Shown here one piece after another: positions 35,641 through 48,623 of a DNA stretch of 64,000 bases. The DNA comes from Hydrolagus colliei (lineage: Eukaryota), in the NCBI GenBank assembly GCA_035084275.1, contig CM068755.1:14446001-14510000 (forward strand). Direction: 5' to 3'. Position numbers and translations under genes: made by a program. Positions within the stretch are counted from its first letter, which is position 1; every line of letters starts with the position of its first letter. The notes beneath the pieces are model-generated. The model was not told the origin of the DNA. It saw only the letters and a program-made list of their open reading frames with translations, and searched no databases.

Positions 35641-38172
35641 TTATAGCAGGAACTGTTAAGATTGTAAACAAAAGTTTTGAGGGTCTAGGTTAATTTTAAA
35701 TTCTTTTCGTCTTTGTGGAAAATAGTACACAGCAAGTTGTTGGAACATGTTTAATTCACAAGTGAAAGACAGCATCAGCTCTGAGGAACAAAGCTCTGTG
35801 TGAGTCATGAACGTACACTATCTTCAATCATGGAAATGTGTATAGTATTCTGCAACGCCCTGTCTAATATGAGTTTGTGTAGTTCGTGTGATCCGTGTTT
35901 GCGAGAGAGCATGAGTGGAATCACTTGTGAGTGAACCATAGGTAATTTACTGGGAAGGAGAAAAATTAAATGCTCTTGGTGAACTATTCATGGAGCCCCA
36001 GTTGTGGCCATGCCAATTCTCTTATTCTGAATGCCTGTCATCTGAACCAGGATAGTGCAAAATGTTTACCGGTGCCACATAATAATCTGCCAAAAGCCTG
36101 AGTCCCACAAAATTGTATGCCAGCAATTCCACATACTCCCACACTGCATCCCTTTCAAGTGCTGAGTGATCTTCTTGAGTATTATCAGAAACTCCTATAC
36201 CATGGAACAAAGAATACTGAAATACCGCTTGTGGTGCAAGTTTCCTGGGGAGGTCAATACAGCCATCAAAGTATATAATGTAAATATATCTAAAATATTA
36301 TCTAGGATATTCGTAATAACCTATTAATTTATTGATAAAGGAAACCTGTTCAGGATCAATGTAGGCTTCACTTATGAACTTGTGTGCTTTCTCAGCACCT
36401 TGGGATATCTCCCGATGTTAAAGGCGCTCCAGAAATGTAATGTTTTTGTTGGTGTTTCACCATTTGCAGATTGGAATCTAATGCACTGATCATTTAACTG
36501 CCAATCATTCACTAACCGCAATGTTGTAAAGACTTAATGGAAAGATCAGCATGTTGTTTAATAACAAATATAAGTTAGACCCAACAGTATTCAGCACCAT
36601 CATATGCAGTATTACAGGTTCAGATTATGGCGAGATCAGCAATTAAGCTTTTTATCCTGTGTACAGTTTTTCACCTGGGAACTGATTAAGGCTCCCAGCA
36701 AATGTGAGAGATAAACATTTTGGTTTGGAGTTACGTTATCAGCTGCAGTTTTGATAAGGCACAAGACCTTATACAAACTCTTAGGGTATTAATTTCTGCT
36801 ATCTAATAGCTTATAAACAATGCAGCCCAGAAGGATGCAGGTTCACTGCTTGGTTGGTGCCGTGTTAGCGGTTCTCAATTGGGGTGCCATGATTATCCTC
36901 CAGAGCCCTGTGCTTAGAAAAAGAGAAAATTAGCCAAAGGCTACTTACAAGGATTATTACTACTTATGGAATCATTCCTCAAGATTCAATGCTTTCATGA
37001 TAGCAAGGGAGAAAAAAATCTGTTTTTTTTTTAGATCCTTACTCAGCAATTGAACAGTGAAATTTCTATTGTGTAGTGTGTAAATCAAATTACTCAGTGG
37101 TACCTTTTGTCACTGGTAGTGTTTTGCAATTCTGCTTTGAAAAGATGAACATCTAGTCTTATTCCATTTTTCTAGTTAATTTAAAGTCTGTTAAATAAAT
37201 GTGTGATTTCAGATGCATTTAATCTGCAGTTTTTGATTAGACTAGAGATTAACAAATAATCAATCGAATTTTCTTTTTTTTTGAGCCTGCAAAAAAAAAG
37301 ATCCAATCTACCTGAAGCTATATAATCTTTTTAATTACAGTATTTCAAGGTTATTCATTTAAATTGTCTGCTTAAAAAGAAGCTGGGGTAGTGGAATTCA
37401 GATGTAAATTTGTTTGTGGCCAGTGCCTAGATACAAAAAACCACGTGGGTTTCCTGAATAATGTCAGGAGGCTGGTGCTGTTTATAGTCGAAAATGGGTG
37501 CTTAAATTAAACACTGTGGATGGGGGGGGTGGAGAGGAAGTGGGGTGATTAAGCTCCAATTTGCCTGAGTCTATATATAGCAAATGTAATGTATTTTGAG
37601 TAAACGTGGCCTACCTCATTGGTGTAATTTTGTTGTTGCTGTTTCGTTTGTCTGAATGGACTACAGTTGGCACTTTCGTGTGCCTTCAACTATTTTCAGT
37701 ACCAAATTGTTTTATTTCCTTCCATAGTGGTTGGCACTTAAAATCTTACATTGTGATTTAATTTTGGAGGCAGGGCAGAGAATGCGTGCGCGGGGAAGGT
37801 AGAAATTACATGTATATCAAGAATTGTTTTATTGTATGAGTGTTTTGACATAACCAACACAGTAGAAGCAAGTTGGTATTCTGTGATGGGTGGTGTGTCA
37901 AGTGCTGAGACTTGCCTTGTAGCTGCAGATCTGATCATCTTCACAAATGCTTTCATCTCATTTAATAATCTACTTTCTGTATATTGTTTCTTCGGCTGTT
38001 ACGCATATATTCATTTATTTTGTGGCATAGTTGACTGAGAACTAATGTTTTTAGACATTCAGTAATGCCCCCAAAATAAAATTGTCACTCAAAGTATTAA
38101 GGAGTGGTCAATAAATCTACACGTGCAGCTAGCTGTTGCATTTTGCCCACAAAATGTTGTCAATTCATTTTA

Positions 38173-38221
38173 CAGTGTATGGGATGATCCCAGTGTATGG
38201 GATGATCCCAGTGTATGGGAT
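38173..38221 (+). repeat. 18-bp tandem repeat (cagtgtatgggatgatcc x about 2.7) inside a SINE tail
   Basis: Directly visible. Confidence 0.85.
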
Positions 38222-41200
38222 ATATTTGATATTGCGATAAGACGCTATGTCAAATCCAAGTGTTTTTATTATTGATTGAAGATTATAACCCTGTTGAAAG
38301 GTTGGAATGCTCTTTTTGACAATTTTCTCATCTTTCCTGAGGCCCTGACTTCCCGAGGTTCAGTTTGTTTGGGCCCGATCACCCAGTGTACCTCACTAAA
38401 GTGAACATTCTTTATTTGTGAGTCCAGGCAGTATTCATCAGCATAAGAGACGTCCCAGCCATATCTGATCCTGTCCATAAGGCACATTTCACCAAAGAAT
38501 ATTTTTTAGATTCTTGGTTTCTACCTATGGTATGTTCACAATTTCACTAAAGGCAAAATATATTTGTGCTTGAAATAGAGGAGCGATCTCTGGATGAGTT
38601 GCTCACATTATTTGAATCCCCCTATTTTCAGTTATTTCAAGAATGATAGGATCTTGAGATTGGTGCCTTTTCTATTTTTGTGTGTGTGTGTTTTCATCAC
38701 GTTTGAGTTGAAAGGGATACTGAAATCAGTGAACATCATGTTTGAGCTTGTTTTGTCAACTCGGATAAATAAAAATAATCCTTGCATTTAGTATTTCGCC
38801 TCATGCTCTTATCCAGCACAGACTAGTTTGGTCCAATAGCCTGTTTCTGTGCTGACATTCTGTGTAATTATGTCATTGAAATATCTCAAACCTCTTGTAC
38901 AATTTTTCTTTAAAGTGTAGTGACTAAAGTGTAGCTGATTGTAAGTCTTATCAAATGCTTCAACAGTCTTTAATATCTGGATCCGAGAGTCTTTGTTGCT
39001 GCCCAAAATTGTTCAAATTTCTCTCTCTTCCCCCTCGCGTGATTCTTCGTCTTATCTTATGAAGTCAAAAACTCTTACTGGTGGTAAGGGTCTTCAGGTA
39101 GTGGTGTGAGGATGGTCAGTGAATAGTGGTGACATTTAAACGTAGACCAAGTGTTAGAGCGACCAAGACTGAAAGGAGAAGGTGTTGAAGAATGATTACA
39201 GGGAAAGATCGGTTCTCTACTCTACCTCTACTTCCTCTCCCACACGTGGGAACATTAAAGCCAATTGAGACCAGTGAATCCAATTCTTATCTGCATGTTT
39301 CAGTGCACCACATGGTCAATTTACGAAGTATCTTCACTTTCTTCAGAACCATAAATTTTTGAACATTATGGAGATTTCAGAATATAAGGTACCGGTTTTG
39401 TTTAGTCAGTTATTGACATTATTTTCAAGACCTGTGACTGCTGGTTTCAGTGGTCTGCTTCAGTTTCAAATGCTGCCATGAAGGTTGGATCGTCAATTGT
39501 GGTAGAGTGTTGAAAATGTGATGGGTTCAGTTGTATCATCGGGTTCACAATGTTTCAACCTCAGGCACTAATGCTTGCTTTTGCTTATTGAAATCAGTGA
39601 GCATTCATGTTTGAGCTTGTTTTGTCAACTCAGATATTATTGGAACTACTTTATCCAAGTATTGTAGTTGATTGTGTTCCTGCATATAGCAGAATTTGTA
39701 TACCACTAAAATGAGTTTATCTAGAGCTAAAGTTTTGATCGGTCAAATTAACTAGAGAATCCAGTGTATTTGATCGTTCGTGTCTTTAACTATGTTGTGG
39801 TTTGCGGAACCTATTTGGAGCATAACATTCAGAATCTCTTACAAATAATTATTTGTGGAATGATGGTAGTGTCAGTTCCATTTAAATGCAGAAAATGATT
39901 TGCAGATGAGCCAAGTAAACTACTTACATTACTGTACTTCAGATTTTAAGAAAAATGTATTGATGTTCCATACTCTGATTAAAAGTGGTGATAGAGTGGT
40001 AAAATTGTGTTCGAGGTAGTTTATTTTTTGAGGTTTTTTGTCAAGCATCACAATTTTTGATATACATAAACCTTTAATGATAAACTATAGAAAATTAGAC
40101 CAAAGATTTGATTTTTTTTTCAGTTGGGGCATGAACTCTGATTATTGAGCCATACAGGTACCAGAGCAAAGCCATCCCATATTCCCTTGGGTGAATTGAC
40201 CTTAGTCTGTTCCTATTCCTGAATGAGGTTCTTTACAAAGAAGGGTGTCTGTAGATGTTGGGTGAGGTCAGGTATAGGTTTGACTATGATTCCTTCCCTC
40301 CCTCTTTCACATCGTTGGTCAAATTGTGTGCAATACAAGTGTCTAAACTCATACTTGAAGAACAGCCATTGGGGAAAATGGCAAGGTTCCATCTTGGAGC
40401 ACTTTGTGTGGTCAGTCCACGCAAACTCTCAGCTCCAAGATAGTATTGTGTGTTCACGCCCATATCGAGACTTTGCACTCATAGTTTAGGTTCACACTTC
40501 AGTGCAATGCTGGAGGGAGTACTGCATTTTCATGAATCCATGTGTAATTTCTCCTTGTATTATCTTTAGTTGGCCAAGTGTCTTGATACCTGGAAAGCCA
40601 TCACCATGAGATTATCCAAACCATTGCTGGGTGTGAAGAGATTGAGAGTTTTATTTCTGTAACTCAGATTTTTTTTTAAAAAAGAACTTCATGTGTTCTT
40701 TTCAAATTGCACCCAAATATACATCACATAAACCACTTTAGCTGCATGTACACAATGCAGGCTGAGAAAATAAAATTGATTGTCAATCTAATCTCACTTG
40801 AAACATTTAATTGTATACTTCTGTTCTTTTGAGAGGTAGTCCAAGTTCATTAAACAGTTGGATTTATGCCTTTCTTCTTCAAATTTAAACAATCCCAATT
40901 TCCATTCCTCTATTGCAAACAGCTACAGTTTGGGGGACTTTTTAAGTTTAGAGGAGAAACTCAGAATTCTAACTGCTGTCCTATGAACTCTCTCCAGCAT
41001 ATCATTATCTTTGGTAGTTGGGTGAACAAAATTGCATCAGCAATCTGGGTTTCAACAAATTTGTATAACTTGTGTGTCTGAACTTTATATTTGGAGTGGT
41101 TTGGAGAAGTAAGAGATAAGTTGATCCATAGCCCTGCCATTATGTTTAGTTAACAGTTTGAAAGGTTACATATGATTCTTTTGCAGCTGTGTACTGACCT

Positions 41201-43289
41201 ACTTTAACTGTATTAGCATATCTAAAGGTTAGAATTAATTTTAGAGAATTTCATTTATTTTTCCACAAAGTTGAGGATGGTTTGATGATTGCAATGTTAA
41301 CTTTTTGGTAAGGAACACTTTTCTTCCTATCCTTCCTTGTTTCTTGAAAGTGCTGACTCAGGCTGGCATAGTTTGTTTCATAAGCATCCTTCTCGTTTCC
41401 TCGCACAAGTGGCCATTCATCATGAGTGACCCTGGGCAGTCATTGTCAGCTGGCTAATGACACCATTGGGACATTAGTCAAGCTCCATCTTGTCTTTGCC
41501 CAGGCTCTACCATGTATACTTTCTACCAGTGCTCACTGTAATCAGAAGTGTGACAACCAGTTGATGTTTTTCTCTCCCCACCTAAGGGGGTTGCTGAGGA
41601 CAATTGTAATGCAGCTACCAATGCCCTAACTTAGATCAGCAAATATAATTTATAGTTAACCCTAATCTTTAAGGCATAGTACTACTAGGAGCATGCACTG
41701 AGCAGAGAGCCCTGTGGGAAAGTTGTTTTAAACATCCTGTTTTGTGCTTAAAATTGTAGCCTTTCTATTCCTACTTTGGGATGTAACTTCATATTGTGTT
41801 CCGTAACAGAAATTAATTAAGCAAATACTTGTTTCTAATATACTGCACAACTTTTTTTTAAGTTGAATTAATTTTAAAAGAACTACTGTCTCTCACAAGA
41901 CTGAATACTTCAAAACATAAGCAATGTAAAATTGAACCTTCTTTGAATTCATAATCATGTCCATCCTGCTTGGGAATATTAGACACAACTGTGGGAAAGA
42001 AAATCATTGGAAGTCCCCAATGCGAGCATGTGGATTGAGTGAGAATACGGTAATCCTGTCCTATAACCTCGGGAACCCAGCCAGAATGATTCCAACAATC
42101 AGTAAATGACCCTGCATGTTTTTACTTTTAGCTTCAGTTCTCAATTCATCTTGAATGAATTTTCCAGTCTTCTTTAGGGGCCTTGGGATAGTGTATCTTA
42201 ATTCTGAAAGGCAAATATTGCACTATAGGTTGAAGTATTCTACTGTATGTTGAAGTTGATTATTGGGTAGAGGCATACTTGAGTTAAGTTACCCAATGTG
42301 CGGGCCTGAAGAAATCGTTTTGGACTGACTGACTGACTGACTATACACTTTCTCAGGACATCTGGGATTCTCAAGTGTGTGTTTGGGTATCAAGAGTTTT
42401 GTTTCAGAAAGAATTGTTGGACCATAGCCAACTGAACAAGGCTTCATGCCTACTCTTAATGGAAGAAGTGATCTTTTTTAATGCAAATACAAACCATGAA
42501 CAGGCACTTTTTTGCCATCTTATCCTTTAATTAGCAAGTTATTCCAGTAACAATGTGCTTGATTACATTTTTAATTAACATTTTCTTGGTGGTGCGATTG
42601 AGTATACAAAAGGAGTTGGTTTCTTATTCAGATTTCAGATGCTTGCTGCTACTGCCATTAATGTATAATGATCAAATAAAGTATTTTTATCACAGATCAT
42701 TTTTAAAATTCTGAAATGTGTGCTTTACAACCTTGTGCATTATCCCACCCCTGGTGTTGGCCTTGAGTACTGCACATTTTCTGGAAAGCTCCACAATTGA
42801 AATAGGAATTTTTGGTTTCTCCTTTATATTGCCACTGAATGTTTCAGAAGGTTTGTCCAGCAGTCACCACTTTGTGTTATGAATCAGTTTCAGTGCTAAA
42901 TACTTGTCAGGTTGAGAAACATTTTATTTTCATTCTGTCGTCACTTGGTAATGAGTAGCAAGTAAAACAGTCAATTTTAACATTCTAGCTTCATGATGAA
43001 TTGAGCATTATTTGCCTCAGAGAGTGTGTTGCTATATTTAAGACACGTATGCCTGTTTATATGAGCAGAAGGAAGAATGGAGTAGCTTGGATATTCAGTA
43101 AATCCCCAATGGTGTACTTGCTGAGATCTATATCCTGGTACTCTGTAATGTGCTGCGTCCTTGTCAGATGAATTTTCATCAGAATTTAAAATCCTGGAAA
43201 AAAACATTATCCTTTTGATTTATGTGATCACGACATTATATGCAGCATGGAATATTCTACTCTCCAACCCTGCTGTCTCAAACATTGGG

Positions 43290-43530
43290 TCAGCCTTTTC
43301 GCACTGAGTTGAGGAAAAACTTCTTCACTTAGAGGATAGTGAATTTATGAAATTCTCTACCCCAAAAGGCTGTAGATGCTCAGTCCTTGAACATATTCAA
43401 GACTGAGATTGATAGATTTCTTATGGATTAGGGGATAAGGTGGGTAGAAGATCAGCCATGATTTTATTGAATGGCGGGGCAGGCTTGAGGTGTCGAATGG
43501 CCTACTCCTGCTCCTAATTCTTATGTTCTT
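43290..43530 (+). mobile_element. CR1-clade LINE 3' end (chondrichthyan HER1-like)
   Basis: gaggaaaaacttcttcacttagaggatagtgaat...ttcaagactgagattgatagattt...gaatggcctactcctgctcctaattcttatgttctt. Confidence 0.75.
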
Positions 43531-44667
43531 GAGCACAAAATTCATGCATTGAATGGAAAAGACAAAAAAGGTATTTGTACGTGGGGAGGTGTCAGAAAGA
43601 AATGTTTCACTTACAGATTTACATTGAAAACAACTGGAAAATGGAGAGAAGGCAAATTCTTTATCTTGGGTGAGATGGTTTGACATATGTTTCCATTGTT
43701 TTGAGTGGGAGAGCAAAGTTCCAACTCTAGCCCTCTTAAGTCAGCAAGTTGGCCAGTAAATTAAGTTTTACTACTGCTGTCTCACATGAAATGTTTCACT
43801 CTATGAAATGGATTGGAGATAAAATATCAGCTATTGAGTTTGAGGCCACTGATGTCCATGATTCCATTTATTACTAAAATGCATTGCTGGTTAATCTATT
43901 TCATATCACTCATTGTGATGAAACTACCCATTCATTTATCATAGTAAGCTGAAGAGGGTCAGAGGCTCTTGACATGATTTCAAATGGTAGCAAAAGTTGC
44001 GTGTTTACACTGGTTAGCCACAGAGTAGCATAGGAAGAATTCCAGGCAGGAGTATCCAATCAAGTCTCAGATTTCCCAACAATTCACTTCAAAGTAAAGT
44101 ATTTATCTATGAAACAAATAATCTTTTTAGTTAATGGGAACTTCTCTGGTACCATTTTGAAACCCTTTGAGGTGATTGGTTCAAAAATTGGTACTAACAT
44201 TTTCGATCCTATCATTTTTTAAAAAAAAAAACCTCAAGAACAGGAGATAGGTTTAAGAAATTACAATAAAAAAGAGAGAGGACTTGCGAGAATTTCATTT
44301 TACACAGTATATTGTTAGGATATAAAATACTCCCATCTTGAATGAGCAAGAGAGAAGCCGTTTTATAAGGTTAAAGGAAGGCAAGTGATAGCAGGCATAC
44401 TTCTACATTAGAAAAAAAATACATTAGAAAAAGGCAGATAATGATAGCAAAAGCTATAATTTTTTTTTAAAAAGGAATACATGAGCAAATGGCTATTGAC
44501 AGATTGTGGAGTGTGATGTGGGAAGAAAAAATTAGTGAAGCAGCTGTATGGAGGCTTGAATTTCATGTGCTTCAATATGATTTGGGGCACATTGTTGAAT
44601 AAAATCATTGTGTGTTTAGTTGATGCACTGTGCAAGTTTTATTACTGTACATAAAATCCTACTAATA

Positions 44668-44888
44668 CAGTAAAAGCCCGTTTATCCGATACCCTCGGGA
44701 CCTGGCCAATGCTGTTAAAGCGTGTGCCGGATATTCGGCTGAAAACACACAAAAAGAAAAAAAAGAAAAGAAATAGATCATTGTGCCGGATAAGTTCTAG
44801 TTAATCAAATGGGGACCTTTTTTTTTTCGTGGTGCCGGTTATACGGAAGTTACAGTTGATCGGGTCACGGATAAACAGGCTTTTACTG
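44668..44888 (+). mobile_element. Tigger/pogo-like MITE, short form (orientation A)
   Basis: TA|CAGTAAAAGCCCGTTTATCCG ... CGGATAAACAGGCTTTTACTG; about 21-bp TIRs. Confidence 0.9.
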
Positions 44889-46099
44889 TTTATGATTGTA
44901 GAATGATTTCTGTAAGGCTTTATTTCAGCACATTACAAAGTGATATCCAGTGACCTAGTTGGAGTTGACATTTTTTCTCTCTCTGGAGATTTCCTCCTTC
45001 TCCAATGGGGGCTCTTTTACTTGAGTAAAAACTGATGAGTATTATCATTAGGATCCTGGGGAGGGAGGGGATAATAAGTGTCTGATTTATGGAAATTGTG
45101 GTGTGGTGGAAAATTTGTACAGATTTGTTTTTTTTCTGACTAAACTGAGGTCCCATCTATCTGCCTGTTCAGAAAGACATTTAAAGATATCATGGAACTA
45201 CTCGGAAATGGGAATTCTTCATGGTATCCTAGCCATCAATCGCCCGGATAAAATTTGTCATTAACTTTGTGGCTGCTTGCGGGAAATTATTGTATACAGG
45301 TCGGTTGCTATAATTGTTGCAAAATACATAGTTGGTACATTTTGCAGTATCTCCCATGAAGTTTTTCAGTAAATCTGTGCTGTAATCAAATGCAAGGATT
45401 ATTATATTCAGGTACTTTGCACATAGCATGAAAATGAAAGAGTGCATAAATTCGAGGCTGTTTTTCTTGGTGAGAATTTTTTTTGTTGCATTGCTTTATT
45501 TAAAATGTTGATGACTTGGATTACTGCAGCCCTATTCCGAAGCGTTTGTGCAACACTGTTGTGTTGACCATTTCCTTTAAGCTACCGAGAACAAGAGCTA
45601 AGGGGAGTGGCGAGAAGTAAGTGTTAATGAGGGAGTATGATCTTGACAAACCTAGACTTGAGAACAAGAGCATTGCTAAGGCAAAGAAGGAGAAAACAAA
45701 TGGGTAATTGTGCCAAATGGAGGCTGTTTATATGGAGGAAAAATCTTAAGGTTTCTGAGAAACCAAAAGCAAAACCAAGTAAGATTTGTGAGATGGATGC
45801 AGAATTGCAATGATGCTTTGCTCTTAGCTTGCTTGTACTGGAACATGCCACTTCCCTGTTTAGTTGGCAAGTAGAATTTTGTAATTTTGGTCCATCAGAA
45901 TGGAAAACAAAACCATATTTTGAAGTAGTTGTGCATATCTGAGTTACTGTGTAGCTTCACATTTGTTGAAATAGGACTATGCCTTTTTAACTTGTTTCTG
46001 TTCTCTGTCCTGCTATTTCAGATTTTAATACAAGCTAAAGAACAACCCAGTCCCCAGACAAACTTCTTCATGTAATTTTTTTGGACATTCAACCTGGAT

Positions 46100-46931
46100 A
46101 TGAAGACTGAGATTACACCTGACGCACCCAAAAGGCAGGAGAGTCCAAAGGGGGTGTTGATGAACCCTGAGCCCATCCTGGCAACAAAAAGTTTCAGTAC
46201 AGACGTTGAAATGATTGCAAGTAAGGTTGGCAATGACTATGCCCATATCTGCACTGATTCTGGAAAGCAGATAAAGGACATGAATGGAAACGGAATGGAA
46301 CAGGAAAAAATGATTGTTGTCAGAAAAAAGCGTAAGAGCCAGCAGGCTGGTCCCTCAGAAACCCCAGACTCTCATTTGAAAAATCGCCAGGATGATGTTG
46401 GTCTAAGACCTGGCATAAAACCACAGGAGCACCTAGACGATTCTTCTTTTAGTGACTGTGTTTCATCGCCTTCTTCGAGTCTACATTTTGGAGACTCTGA
46501 TACAGTGACTTCAGAAGAAGAGGAAGAGGAGGTTCCAGTCCGACATCCCCAGGCAGTATTGAGTGGCACAAGTAGAACAATTCATTCAAAAATGCACAAG
46601 TGGCCTAGGTCTGAGCAGGAATCTATATCAGGGATCTTAATCAAGCGACCTTGTCTCCCAAACAGTAGCCTCCGAAGGCCTCAACCAAGGAAGAAATTTA
46701 CAAAACCTAATCCCTCTCAGCGGACTCAAAAGCAGAAGGAAAGGATTTTATTGCAACGTAAGAAAAGGGAAGTATTTGCCCGCAGGAAGTATGCCTTGCT
46801 TCAGAGTTCTAGCAGTTCAGGGGAGAATGATCTTAGCAGTGAATCCTCCTCCAGTTCTTCCACTGAAGGGGAAGAGAATTTGTTTGTCTCACGGAGTGAA
46901 AGCCACCAAAATAATGCAACAGTTGCCTCAG
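46100..46931 (+). CDS. RNF111: RNF111 (Arkadia) E3 ligase, first coding exon (exon 2; acceptor at 46021/46022)
   Basis: [18 protein letters not shown]...[12 protein letters not shown]...[23 protein letters not shown]...[11 protein letters not shown]...[13 protein letters not shown]; donor TCAG|gtaaat, phase 1. Confidence 0.95.
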
Positions 46932-47410
46932 GTAAATTTATCTTTTCTTTTGAAAGGAATAATTGAAAGCCTGACGCTGTACAGAAGGGGGTGGGGGGAA
47001 GGGTTAACTTGGAACCTGACTCATACATATCCACATGGCCATTATACCCTATTGTGTGTTTACAGTTTAGATGTCTACATTTCAGCTGAGTTATCATAGT
47101 TTGCAAAACGCCATTATAAGTCTTCTTGCTCTCTTTGTGCTTCGATCCAGTGCAATATTACAACAGCATCAATGTTATTTGGGATCCCGACAAGCTTGAT
47201 TCTCATGTTAGTTGAAGGAGATACCTTGAATTTTTAATTACAAAATGCATTATTTAAAAATACACTCCCACCCCTGGTATTGTTAATACAGATGTTATAG
47301 TAATGTCTCAGGCAAACTAACAATCACAACATTCTATAAGGAAGAGACAGGTTGAAAATTCCAGCAAGACAAAAGTTAGATGGTAGTCAAGATAAGAAGA
47401 TAGCAATGTA

Positions 47411-47603
47411 CAGTAAAAGCCCGTTTTTTCTGTGACCCGATCAACCATAACTTCCGTATAACCGGCACCTCCAAAAAAAAGTTTGCATTCGATTAACCAG
47501 AATTTATTCAGCACAATGTTTTTTTTGTGTGTGTTTTCGGCCGAATATCCGGCACGCGCCATTGGCCAGGTCCCGAGGGTGCCGGATAAATGGGCTTTTA
47601 CTG
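47411..47603 (-). mobile_element. Tigger/pogo-like MITE, short form (orientation B)
   Basis: TA|CAGTAAAAGCCCG ... GGGCTTTTACTG|TA; interior is the reverse complement of the 44668 copy. Confidence 0.9.
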
Positions 47604-48623
47604 TACTATTTGTCATTGTATTTGTCATTTGTTCAATATTGCAACTGTGTCAACATTTTCAAAACCTGATATTATCATTGGTACAGATGTCCAAGATTTT
47701 GTTCTCTAGGATATGAAACATCACAACAGACGTTTTTATCTAAAATTTTCAACTTTTTTGTACCACTATGTAGAGTTTCTATCAACATAGTGATAGAAAA
47801 TTCCATAGCATTGGAATTTAGAAATTCTACCTTTTTTTTCCAAGCTAAGAAATTTTTCATTGGATAACATCTAGGAATAGTCAAGACTCCAATAAATATT
47901 TTAAAACCTGAATGTGTTGATACTTTCCAATACTTGGATGCTCTTCTCATAATTACATTTTTTAACATGACAGGGCTCTACTTTGATCTTTTCCCTCATG
48001 GGAGATCTTCAACTCCATTCAGAGGCAGACCTGTGTGATATCAGCTTTAAATTTCATGGCTTTGTAGCAACTAAAATTCAACAGGAGTTCAGCCAATTCG
48101 GGAAGTTAGGATCTAGGCACAGGGTTGAGGCAACAAAAATAGGTTCCAGGATGACCATGTGAGTGGCTAACAGAACAGTTTTTCCAGTAGCTGCACAGTG
48201 GGACATGCACTCAGGCTAAACTTCAGTTCAGTTTAGTGATTGAAGCTTGTTTGGGGGAAAGCAAATGGACATTTCTTTGGCAGGAGGAGGAGAAATTCTA
48301 ATGCTTAAAATGGTTTACTTCTTATTAAAGTTCATATGCTTTATAAGTTGTATATGCTTTCAATAAATCAGCATTAGCAAAGGGATTTGAGTCAGTATTT
48401 CTGCTGCAAACCATTGTTAGTGTTGCACGTTGCTGGCTGCTGAGAAGACACAATAGTGACCTAAGACGGCTGCTTAGTCAACTCTCCCTCTTTGAGGGAT
48501 GGCACCTCCATTAGGTGAATTTAAACTTCCACTGCTTTGTCTAACATTTACAGCATAGGTGCTCATTAACAGTTCTGCTCTGCGGGAATGTTTAATTGTA
48601 TAAGATTCTATATCTTCCAAGTA

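Noticed and set aside
46932-46966. ORF-track extension [10 protein letters not shown] of RNF111
   Set aside because: Read-through past the canonical donor at 46931/46932; phase matches exon 3
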